A stretch of DNA of 57,202 bases, counting the filler, from Perkinsus olseni (lineage: Eukaryota), in the NCBI GenBank assembly GCA_013115125.1. It is 4 parts of 4 records of this genome, joined end to end, with 100 filler letters (N's around TTAATTAATTAA, not from the genome) between each part and the next. Parts side by side here need not be neighbours in the genome. Positions count along the whole stretch, not along the records: positions 28,786 to 42,981 come from JABANN010000735.1; positions 43,082 to 57,202 come from JABANN010000736.1; 2 more parts are not named here. One strand, 5' to 3'. The position numbers and the translations under genes were made by a program. Every line of letters begins with the position of its first letter. Position 1 is the first letter of the stretch. Below are positions 36,073 through 45,276 of this stretch, piece after piece. The notes beneath the pieces were generated by a model that worked only from the letters and a program-made list of their open reading frames with translations, ran no database searches and was not told the origin of the DNA.

Positions 36073-37041
36073 ATGCAAGCCTACATCTACCATCCCCAGA
36101 CCAACGAGATGACCTGGGCGGCCGAGCAGCCGAAGCCGAAGCCCCGCAAGTCGCAGGTTCAAGTCAAGGTCATCGCGGCCAGTATCAATCCTGTGGACTA
36201 CAAGCTCCCCCACGTCCCCTTCATGTCCCGCCAGATCAAAGGCCGTCCGGTCGGTATTGATTTCGCTGGGAAAGTCACTATTGGGTCCGGCCAGTTTAAG
36301 GAGGGCGACGTTGTCTTCGGCAAGGCTGTCCAAGGTTCCCTGGCTCAATACTCGGTGGCAAATGTTGCGGAGATAGCCCATGTCCCTGAGGGTGTGGACC
36401 CGAAGGTCGCTGCCTCCCTACCTGTGGCTAGTCTGGTCAGCTTGCAGGCCCTCAGACATGGTGGTGTTACTGAAGCTGGCAAGAACGTGTTGATGATTGG
36501 TGGAAGTGGTGGTACTGGCTCGAGTGGTGTGCAGATCGCTAAGAGCCTCGGCGCCAAGGTCTATGCTGTATGCAGCGGTAAGAACAGCGACTTTGTGAAG
36601 TCATTGGGTGCCGATGTTGTTATGGACTACACCAAGGATGGCTTTGAACTCCCCAACGAGGACTGCCCTGCTGGTACCATCGATGTCGTCTATGATACGG
36701 TCACAAGCCCCGAGGACTTCAACTACGAGCCCACCGCCCGACAGACTCTCAAGAAGGGCGGCATGTACATGGCGATCAACTCTCCCAGCGGCATGGACTG
36801 GGTCAGATTCTTCTTGTCAAGGTCTCTTCCCTTCAACCTGCAAAGGTCGGGCTACTCGTTGTGCCTGTCCGACTTCAATACTAAGGACTTGGACTTCCTA
36901 GCCAACTTGGTCGCCGAGAAAAGGCTCCAGATCCAGTTCGCGGAGGTCCTCAGCTTCAACGAGGAGAACTGCAAGAAGGCTTACGAGTTGCAGAAGAGCC
37001 GCAGAGCCAAGGGAAAGATTATTCTTGAGATGGCGGAGTGA
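36073..37041 (+). CDS. Zinc-independent MDR oxidoreductase (copy 3)
   Basis: ATG 36073 (MQAYIY) aligns with paralog starts; GGSGGTG. Confidence 0.93.
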   Translation: MQAYIYHPQTNEMTWAAEQPKPKPRKSQVQVKVIAASINPVDYKLPHVPFMSRQIKGRPVGIDFAGKVTIGSGQFKEGDVVFGKAVQGSLAQYSVANVAEIAHVPEGVDPKVAASLPVASLVSLQALRHGGVTEAGKNVLMIGGSGGTGSSGVQIAKSLGAKVYAVCSGKNSDFVKSLGADVVMDYTKDGFELPNEDCPAGTIDVVYDTVTSPEDFNYEPTARQTLKKGGMYMAINSPSGMDWVRFFLSRSLPFNLQRSGYSLCLSDFNTKDLDFLANLVAEKRLQIQFAEVLSFNEENCKKAYELQKSRRAKGKIILEMAE

Positions 37042-37533
37042 AGTTCAGGCAGAGGTCTGATGCTTGCGAGGGGATTATCCTTCCTTGCGTCGTGCGGAGC
37101 TGAACGCCCTGCCTGAGGTGCCGCTCTAAGGCCTATCAAACACCTTATAATGCTGATTCTATTCATTGAGGATTACTACTATAAAGCAGATGAAGGGCGT
37201 TGTGTTAGTTGGTGAAAGTGTGGTATGGTATGTCCCGGGCATATGGGGACAGTTTTTGTGCTACAGTAGCAGAGAGTATCTTTTGTTCTGTTAGCTTGAT
37301 GATGGGAGGTCTTCTCCGCAAAGTGAGAGATAAGTTTGGGGGAGTTTTGAGTGAACCAACTCTGTAACTTACAAATGCTTTTGGAACCACAATTCACCTC
37401 TGAAAAATCAGTACCAGAATCGATCCTGAGGTCCAAGATCTCTTCTTTGAACGACGGTGGGTGTGTCTTCTCTATTCTTCATCTCAATCACTTCGTTTTC
37501 CGTCATCATCAGATTTGTTTAGTTCCTCTATCA

Positions 37534-38511
37534 ATGAAAGCGTTTGTCTACGAATCTAGCCCCTCAGGAATGGGTTGGGTTGATAGCCAGGCCGTTCCAC
37601 AGCCTGCCGCAGCACAGGTTCAAGTCAAGGTCATCGCTGCTGCTACCAACCCTATCGACTTGCGCTTAGCTGCTATGCCCGTGGCTTCGCGCTGGCTTCG
37701 AGGCACAGCGGTGGGGTTCGATTTCGCTGGTCGTGTCACCATCGGTTCGGGTGACTACAAGGTTGGCGACCTCGTCTTCGGCAAGACCAAGTCGGGTTCC
37801 ATGGCAGAGTTTGCGACCGCTAATGTGACGGAGATAGCCCATGTCCCTGAGGGTGTGGACCCGAAGGTCGCCGCCTCCCTACCTGTGGCGAACCTGGTCA
37901 GCTTGCAGGCCCTTAGACATGGTGGTGTTACTGAAGCTGGCAAGAACGTGCTGGTGATCGGTGGAAGTGGTGGTACTGGCTCGAGTGGTGTGCAGATCGC
38001 TAAGAGCCTCGGCGCCAAGGTCTATGCTGTATGCAGTGGTAAGAACAGCGACTTTGTGAAGTCATTGGGTGCCGATGTTGTTATGGACTACACCAAGGAT
38101 GGCTTTGAACTCCCCAACGAGGACTGCCCTGCTGGTACCATCGATGTCGTCTATGATACGGTCACAAGCCCCGAGGACTTCAACTATGAGCCCACCGCCC
38201 GACAGACTCTCAAGAAGGGCGGCATGTATGTCGCCATAGAGACCCCAAGCCTGCTCGATCGTGCCAAATTCTGGCTGTCCCGAGCCAGCGGACGAAACAT
38301 TCAAAGGCCCCAGTACTCGATGTGGGTGGCTCAGTTCAATCATAATGATCTGGTCAGGCTCGGTGACCTCGCCGCTAAGGGGAAGCTTCGTGTGCAGTTT
38401 GCTGAAGAGCTGCCGTTCAGCGAGGGTTCCTGCTGCAAGGCCTATCAGTTGCAGAGAAGCCGTCACGCTAGAGGGAAGATTGTGATCGTGTTTGATGAGA
38501 AGAGCAACTGA
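37534..38511 (+). CDS. Zinc-independent MDR oxidoreductase (copy 4)
   Basis: ATG 37534 (MKAFVY); GGSGGTG, HARGKIVI. Confidence 0.93.
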   Translation: MKAFVYESSPSGMGWVDSQAVPQPAAAQVQVKVIAAATNPIDLRLAAMPVASRWLRGTAVGFDFAGRVTIGSGDYKVGDLVFGKTKSGSMAEFATANVTEIAHVPEGVDPKVAASLPVANLVSLQALRHGGVTEAGKNVLVIGGSGGTGSSGVQIAKSLGAKVYAVCSGKNSDFVKSLGADVVMDYTKDGFELPNEDCPAGTIDVVYDTVTSPEDFNYEPTARQTLKKGGMYVAIETPSLLDRAKFWLSRASGRNIQRPQYSMWVAQFNHNDLVRLGDLAAKGKLRVQFAEELPFSEGSCCKAYQLQRSRHARGKIVIVFDEKSN

Positions 38512-39405
38512 GGTTCCTCATTGTAGCGTCTGTTAAGTTTCTTTCTGCCTTGTCGCGACTGTTGTGGGATCTTCGGAGTGAATTTTCTATGCCGTTGCAG
38601 ATGTTTTGGTTACTACTTTTCTTCAATTCATTAACGTGTATAGGGAGGGTTCCCTAGAATAACCTGTGCACTTCAGTGACAGCTGTTGTAGTCTTATTAC
38701 TCATACGCGGAACACAAGGCCAAAGAGAGCTTGTGAGATGGGTCGCTTGCAATATAGCCATTCCCCAGACTACTCGTCACGTACAGGGGGACTGTAACAA
38801 CAACTGCCTCTGTGGCTGTATCGTACCCACATTTGCTCTTTGCGCGTCCAATCGTCCCGTTATTCGCGAGCACTCCTCGTCACGCTATCGAACACAGGTT
38901 CAACCACTCTTTGGGCCCTGTCTCAAGTAGCCCAACTGTACTGAGTTGTAGTGCAGTAGTTGTCACCTGCACTATAGAGAGAACTACCTTAACTGCTGTT
39001 TCGTACCATAACTCCCAAGGTCGCTACCAACATTCGCTCTTTGTGCGCAGTTGCTCTTTGTGCGTTCAATCGACCCGGGAATTGCGCGCGTTCCTCGTCA
39101 CGCTATTAGATACCCATTTTCGCCGAACTCCTCTCGGGTCCGGTTTTGCCTCTCTTTGATCCTCGTCTCAAGCAGCCACGCTGTACTGAGTTATAGAGTA
39201 CTTGGACTGCGAGGAATGCCCTGGTTTTAATCAGCGACGTTGGCACAAGATCGGAGTTAGTAACCGTTCGCCATCATCAGGATTCACCGGTATCAGTCAC
39301 ACAGGCCTGGTGTGGTATGGAGTATGATACTCCGAGTATCTACTTGGTAGTTTTCTCGTTGGACTTCATTCTTAGTCATTCTTTGATTTCTTACTTCTGT
39401 TATTT

Positions 39406-40389
39406 ATGAAAGCCTTCCTTTACGGACAGGAGGATCCTGATAAATACCTGTGGCACGACCATTTTGACGTGCCCGAACCCGAGAACAAGAAGCAGGTTCA
39501 AGTGAAGGTCTTTGCGGCCGCTTTAAATCCTGTCGACTATAAGCTTCCCCATCTCCCTCGTGGAAACAGGGTCAAGGGGCAGCCTATCGGTTATGATTTC
39601 GCTGGTCGGATCACTCGCACCACTGATGATTGTGAATACCAAAAAGGTGACATGGTCTTCGGCAAGGCTCTTAAGGGCTGTCTAGCTGAGTACACATTAA
39701 CTGATGTTGATCACATCGCCCGGGTCCCTCCCCAGATCGAGCCAAAGATTGCTGCCGCGTTGCCCGTTGCTAGTCTCTTTTCCCTACAGGTTCTAAGACA
39801 CGGTGGTTGTGGTGAGAATGATGGCAAAGGCAAGAGCGTCCATGTCATCGGCGCTAGTGGTGGAGTTGGGTCAAGTGCGGTGCAGATCGCTAAGGCCAAC
39901 GGCTGCAAGGTCTATGCTGTCTGTGGCCCCTCCAGTATCGACTTTGTCAAGTCCCTAGGAGCTGATGTCGTGATGGACTACTCTAAGGAGGGCTTCGAGC
40001 TGCCCAACGACGACTGCCCTGCTGGAACCATGGACATGGTCTTTGATTCGGTTACTAGCCCTGTTGACCCTAACTACGAGCCCACGGCGAGGAGGACTCT
40101 GAAGGCTGGTTGCAAGTACATCTGTGGTCACTCCCCAAGCAAAATGGATTGGGCGAGGTACCTTGTGTGGTACTACACTGGCATCAACGTGCAGAGGAAG
40201 AATTACTCCTTGCTGTGGACTAACACGAACCCTACCGATTTGAATAAGCTCTCGCAGCTGGTTATGGACGGTAAACTCAAAATCAACATTAACGACCTTC
40301 CCTTCAATGAGGCGAACTGTAGGAAAGCTTATGAGCTCCTGAAAAGCAGGAGGGCTAAGGGGAAGATAGTCATCGTGATGGAAAAGTAG
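39406..40389 (+). CDS. Zinc-independent MDR oxidoreductase (copy 5)
   Basis: 327 aa; GASGGVG. Confidence 0.93.
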   Translation: MKAFLYGQEDPDKYLWHDHFDVPEPENKKQVQVKVFAAALNPVDYKLPHLPRGNRVKGQPIGYDFAGRITRTTDDCEYQKGDMVFGKALKGCLAEYTLTDVDHIARVPPQIEPKIAAALPVASLFSLQVLRHGGCGENDGKGKSVHVIGASGGVGSSAVQIAKANGCKVYAVCGPSSIDFVKSLGADVVMDYSKEGFELPNDDCPAGTMDMVFDSVTSPVDPNYEPTARRTLKAGCKYICGHSPSKMDWARYLVWYYTGINVQRKNYSLLWTNTNPTDLNKLSQLVMDGKLKININDLPFNEANCRKAYELLKSRRAKGKIVIVMEK

Positions 40390-41531
40390 AGTGCTGGCGC
40401 TATCATATCTTTTTTACATAAGACAACTCGCGAGTCCGTTCACAGGCTCGACCTCACGTTTGTTGTTCCCGAGGGGTCGTTGGACTCGTGTTAAGAGTAT
40501 TCCAATCAGTCAGTATTCTTCTGATACTCCCTTTGCTGTTGAGTTTTATGGAGGATATCGAGAACGATTCGTTGGCAAGAAGCGGAAGAAATAATTATAT
40601 TAGGTTTCGAGCTGATATGGCATGAACAGCGGGCACAGTAAAGAGCAGTCAGAACGCGTCGGCAACAGTGCTTCTAGAGTAGCAGCCACCCGAAACCATT
40701 CACGTATGAGTTTGTGAACAGACCGGTTGAGCACAACACCCGAGTTTCGCCACAGGGATCCAATCTTTCATCTATTGTCTTCTTGTCATCCGCCACTTAG
40801 CTTAGCTTCAGCGTAGCTTCTTATCGGAGCAGGATAGGATGAGCGATATAAAATATCGCAAGATCGGCAAACGCAAAATCTTTTGAATCCGGCAACACGA
40901 CTCAGTAAGACGAACTCACTTTCAAGTCCTTCCTCGCTTTCGGAGCAGCGTTTGCCTCAATCCTGGAAGAACGACTTTCACGGTCCTCTAAGCCGGACCA
41001 TCCAAAGAGCGTTTCATGGTGAAAAGGTTCGTAAGTCCTCCGCGTAACACCAAGCGCGAAATGATCACGCGTTTTACACCCAGTGTCTATACCAAATTTC
41101 GCGTTTCTCGCGTTATGAGCGGTACTTGAGGTCGTACGCGTTGCGTTACGCGCTAGATCTCTTGCGTTTCAGATAACGAGGACGAAACTCCATTTTCGCG
41201 TCTGTTAAGCTTCTTTCACCGTTCTCGCGACTTCCGTGAGCTACTCAGTGAATTTTCAGTGCCGTTGCGAATATTTAGGTTTTGAATCGCGAGCGTGTAT
41301 GGCGAAGGCGCGTTTGGGCCGACAGAAATGTCGTTGTGTTACGAGGGGACTCGGCTAGCTTCCGCGAGGAGACAGCCGTTGTGTGCCGTCCTCCGTTACT
41401 TAGCTCGCCAACAACAGGGAGTAGTCGTAGATCTTCGAGTCTGTTCAGCTTGTTGTGGTATGGAGTATGTATTCGGTAGCCTCTTCATTGGACTTTATCG
41501 TCAGATATTGATTTGTTAACTTCTGTTATTA

Positions 41532-42518
41532 ATGAAAGCATTCCTTTACGGGCAGGAAGATCCTGATAAATACCTGTGGCACGACAACTTTGACGTACCC
41601 GAACCCGAGAACAAGAAGCAGGTTCAAGTGAAGGTCATCGCGGCCGCTGTGAATCCTATCGACTATAAGCTTCCCCATTTCCCTCGCGGAGACAAAGTCA
41701 AGGGGCAGCCTATTGGTTATGATTTCGCTGGTCGTGTCACTCGAACCACTGATGGTTGTGAATATCAAGAAGGGGATATGGTCTTCGGCAAGGCTCTCAA
41801 GGGCTGTCTAGCTGAGTACACGTTGGCTGATGTTGATCACATCGCCCGGGTTCCTCCTCAGATCGAGCCCAAGATTGCTGCCTCGTTGCCTGTTGCTAGT
41901 CTTGTTGCCATGCAGGGTCTGAGGCTCGGTGGTTGCGGTGAGAATGAAGGCAAAGGCAAGAGCGTCCTTGTTATCGGCGCTAGTGGTGGAGTTGGGTCAA
42001 GTGTGGTACAGATCGCCAAGGCCAACGGCTGCAAGGTCTATGCTGTCTGTGGCTCTTCCAATATCGACTTCGTTAAGTCTCTAGGAGCTGATGTCGTGAT
42101 GGACTACTCTAAGGGGGGCTTCGAGCTGCCCAACGATGACTGCCCCGTTGGAACCGTGGACATGGTTTTTGATTCGGTCACTAGCGCTGAGGACCCTGAC
42201 TACGAGCCCACGGCGAGGAGGACCCTGAAGGCTAGTGGGAAGTACATTTGCGTGAACTCCCCGCGCAACATGGATTGGGTGAGGTATCTTGTGTCCTACT
42301 ATACTGGCATCAACGTCCAAAGGAAGAACTACTCCTTGCTGTGGACTGATACCAACCCTAAGGATTTGGACAAGCTCTCGCAGCTGGTGATGGACGGTAA
42401 ACTGAAGATCAATATTCAGGAGGACCTGCCCTTCAATGAGGCGAACTGCAGGAAAGCATACGAGCTCTTGAAAAGCAGGAGGGCTAAGGGGAAGGTCATC
42501 ATCGAGATGGGCAAGTAA
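41532..42518 (+). CDS. Zinc-independent MDR oxidoreductase (copy 6)
   Basis: 328 aa; closest to copy 5, including alignable flanks. Confidence 0.93.
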   Translation: MKAFLYGQEDPDKYLWHDNFDVPEPENKKQVQVKVIAAAVNPIDYKLPHFPRGDKVKGQPIGYDFAGRVTRTTDGCEYQEGDMVFGKALKGCLAEYTLADVDHIARVPPQIEPKIAASLPVASLVAMQGLRLGGCGENEGKGKSVLVIGASGGVGSSVVQIAKANGCKVYAVCGSSNIDFVKSLGADVVMDYSKGGFELPNDDCPVGTVDMVFDSVTSAEDPDYEPTARRTLKASGKYICVNSPRNMDWVRYLVSYYTGINVQRKNYSLLWTDTNPKDLDKLSQLVMDGKLKINIQEDLPFNEANCRKAYELLKSRRAKGKVIIEMGK

Positions 42519-42981
42519 GAGTGGCAGAGCTATCTCTCTAGCTAAGACACTTTGAGGTCGTTCGTTGGTCCGACCTCGCGTTTCGCAGTTCCTAGAGGTC
42601 GTTGAACTTGTTAGACTATTCTGATCAGTCAGTAATGTTCTGGTACTTCCGCTGTTGAGTTGTATGGGGGGCATCAAGAGTATATATTGGAAAAATGGGA
42701 GGAAATAATGATAGCAGGGCAAGAGGCGACATGAGGAGTGGACCTGATATACAGGACCTAAAGCAAGAGGAAAGAAGCGCGTTTGCTCGGAATGAACCTT
42801 TCCAGCGGAGGGAGCCCTAGGAGGCAGCTGTGAATTGATATTAGCGGCATTCTCGAGAACTGGGACCGGTGGGGAAGCTGTCAGCAGTGTGTTCGAGGGA
42901 GAGTGCAATATACCATTCAGAAGTCTATTTGGCGGATAGGGTTGCCGTTGCCGTAGCCTATATGGGGGTCGAGGATGATAT

Positions 42982-43081
42982 NNNNNNNNNNNNNNNNNNN
43001 NNNNNNNNNNNNNNNNNNNNNNNNNTTAATTAATTAANNNNNNNNNNNNNNNNNNNNNNNNNNNNNNNNNNNNNNNNNNNN
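42982..43081. other. Artificial scaffold linker
   Basis: N44-TTAATTAATTAA-N44. Confidence 0.98.
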
Positions 43082-43096
43082 CGCTGATTTGATTCA

Positions 43097-43178
43097 GACA
43101 CTTTGGCCGAGTGGTTAAGGCGGCGGCCTGCTAAGCCGTTGGGCTATGCCCGCGAGGGTTCGAATGCCTCAGGTGTCG
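43097..43178 (+). tRNA. tRNA-Ser(GCT)
   Basis: 82-nt cloverleaf GACACTT..AGGTGTC-G, anticodon loop CTGCTAA, long variable arm; one T-stem mismatch (GAGGG/GCCTC). Confidence 0.85.
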
Positions 43179-43226
43179 TCTGTACGCCATCGGTTGACGA
43201 AGCAACATCGGCAGGATCTGAAACAA

Positions 43227-43293
43227 TGCCCGATGCATGATTCGAACCTACGACCATCTGCTCCGTAGGCAGACATTCTATCCAGCTGAACTA
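43227..43293 (-). pseudogene. tRNA-Arg(ACG), 3' part (nt 8-74) of the interrupted gene
   Basis: TAGTTCAGCTGGATAGAATG-TCTGC-CTACGGA-GCAGA-TGGTC-GTAGGTTCGAATCATGC-ATCGGGC-A; the 5' acceptor strand is replaced by element sequence. Confidence 0.9.
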
Positions 43294-45264
43294 GGCTAGG
43301 GGGAAAATGGCGCCCGGGCGCGGGGGAAAAATTGAAATAAAAAGAGGAGAGAAAAGAGAAAAAGAGAAGAAAAAAAAGAAGAAAAAAGAGAAGAAAAGAG
43401 AAAGAGAAAGGAGAAGAAAAAATAAGCGAAGCATGGAGATAGCGCCAGCCGCTGCGAATATAGCGGATGCCATACTCCACCCTCCAAGCTTCAAGCATAT
43501 GCTCGAACTGGGAAGAAGCGCGGCGCGCGACGCTCGAACACGTTATAGATACTCAGTTCCCACGCGCGACGCCGTGACGCCCGAACAGTCCGCGCCACGA
43601 ACTCGAATCGAAGACAAGGTACACAGCATTAGCATGATGAATTGCAAAGTCTTCAAACGTTCTTCATCTATTCTTTTTCCTGTCGTTCGCCTCCCTCCAG
43701 CGGTCCCTTTTCCTCTGCACTTGCTCAGCCGAAAGCCTGTCTAGTTCTGCTTCACTATCCAAGAGTGGGCACCAGATCACTTGCGTATATTTTTTCTCGG
43801 TCCCGGGAACTCGGAACTGCTGGTGATTGAGTGAACGCCCATCGCGAACTAACCATGATTTGTACGGCCGCCTGCATTTTGAGCACTTACGACCGGGCTT
43901 ATCACCACCCTTCAGAGTATCGGAGACCAAGACTTGCTGGATTGCAGCTTCAGTCCGCTGATGCAGTTGGTTTCGATCCTCTTTCATCTTATCTTCCGCA
44001 ACAGCATCGCGCAGGGGACATAACCCATGAGTGCTCCCATCGTATGTGTGATCGTTGAAGCCTTTCCGGAGAATTTTCCCGCAAAACCTACATTTTCGTC
44101 CCTTGAAGTCCCTCGTTTGTGGTCGCAGCTCTCCGGCCTGTTTCCCGCGCCGCGAGCTCGATTGCGCTACGTTTTCAGGAGGACTGCTTCTCTTACGCTT
44201 CCGAGGTCGACTCCCCAACTCTTCCTGCAAGGTCTCGGCGCTTATTGCTGCAGGTCCGCCATCCAGCTCTTCGTGTTCATGAACAACGACAGTCGCGTCG
44301 ATCGGCGGCTCGCCGGAAGGCTGGGCCGCAAGCGACCTCTCAAGGCTTCCAAATGCCTCCATGCTCCTGAGATCCAAGCTACCAGCCGACCCCGCGAAAG
44401 AGCTGCGCTTGCGGAACCCCGACAACCATTGCTCCACGTAGAGAATAGACGTTGGATGATAAGATATGGGCCGCCTCCCATCAATCTCGTGGTTGGCACG
44501 TTCTTTCATGAGATAGTCGCGAGTATAGAGTTTTAAAAGTTCGGGGGCGGTGGCAGTAGGATTATCCACATGAAGAGTGGTGAAAGCGCGCTCCATCGCA
44601 CCACCCACCTCATGATCCACACGGAAGTAGCTTGCGCTGTGCGCTTTAGTGCGCCATCGCAGAAACTTGCGACGCTGAGTAGCAACGGGTAGCGGATCCA
44701 GGGAAGCCACATGATCAATCTCCTCCTCCGAATCCGTACTGTCGTCACAATCAGACTCGCCCCATTTCTTCCCAGCAGCATCGGCGTCTCCCAGCTCACC
44801 TTCTAGAATAGACTTGAACCCCTCACTTTCCGAGTCGGCCGTAGTGTCCCTCTCGTCGTTAACGATTTCGTGAAGCATCTCGACTCTGTCGCTAATCCAA
44901 GGCGATTCTCGGCTCAGCACAGCCGAGAATGGGTCCTCCAATGGGCGAACGACTTTCCGGTGATTCTTCTTGGGAGCGGTGGTTCTTGGTTGGGACATCA
45001 AGTGGTTGATCGACAAACAATGAAAGAGACAGGAAATGAACGAACCATCGAACGAGGCCCTTAATCCAAAATTAAGGTCCGCGGTCGAAAATCAAGGTCC
45101 GCGGTAAACACCACTAGGAGCGCCTTGAACCCGCCCACACCTTAAAGAGCCCTGGTAAAGGGATGCAGAGGAGTCCAGGCTCCTATACCTCTCAGAGAGG
45201 TATAGGAGCCTACCTCCGACCTTATTTTACCGCGGACCTTAATTTAGCACGCATCCAGTTCAGA
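43294..45264 (-). mobile_element. tRNA-targeting Dada-like element, copy 1
   Basis: Lies between 12-bp direct repeats CCAGCTGAACTA at 43282-43293 and 45265-45276, which are tRNA A-box sequence. Confidence 0.85.
43664..44998 (-). CDS. Element-encoded protein (444 aa from first ATG) with two C-terminal Cys/His zinc-finger-like motifs
   Basis: CRFC..H..HGLC and CSKC..HQQF..WCP; basic NLS-like RPRKRKR; acidic N-terminal tract; no recognisable DDE, RT or tyrosine-recombinase core. Confidence 0.75.
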   Translation of the reverse strand: MSQPRTTAPKKNHRKVVRPLEDPFSAVLSRESPWISDRVEMLHEIVNDERDTTADSESEGFKSILEGELGDADAAGKKWGESDCDDSTDSEEEIDHVASLDPLPVATQRRKFLRWRTKAHSASYFRVDHEVGGAMERAFTTLHVDNPTATAPELLKLYTRDYLMKERANHEIDGRRPISYHPTSILYVEQWLSGFRKRSSFAGSAGSLDLRSMEAFGSLERSLAAQPSGEPPIDATVVVHEHEELDGGPAAISAETLQEELGSRPRKRKRSSPPENVAQSSSRRGKQAGELRPQTRDFKGRKCRFCGKILRKGFNDHTYDGSTHGLCPLRDAVAEDKMKEDRNQLHQRTEAAIQQVLVSDTLKGGDKPGRKCSKCRRPYKSWLVRDGRSLNHQQFRVPGTEKKYTQVIWCPLLDSEAELDRLSAEQVQRKRDRWREANDRKKNR

Positions 45265-45276
45265 CCAGCTGAACTA

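Noticed and set aside
43307-43744. Lys/Glu-rich ORF and Phe-rich antisense ORFs (repeated at 45290)
   Set aside because: Translation artefacts of the purine/pyrimidine tract in the element.
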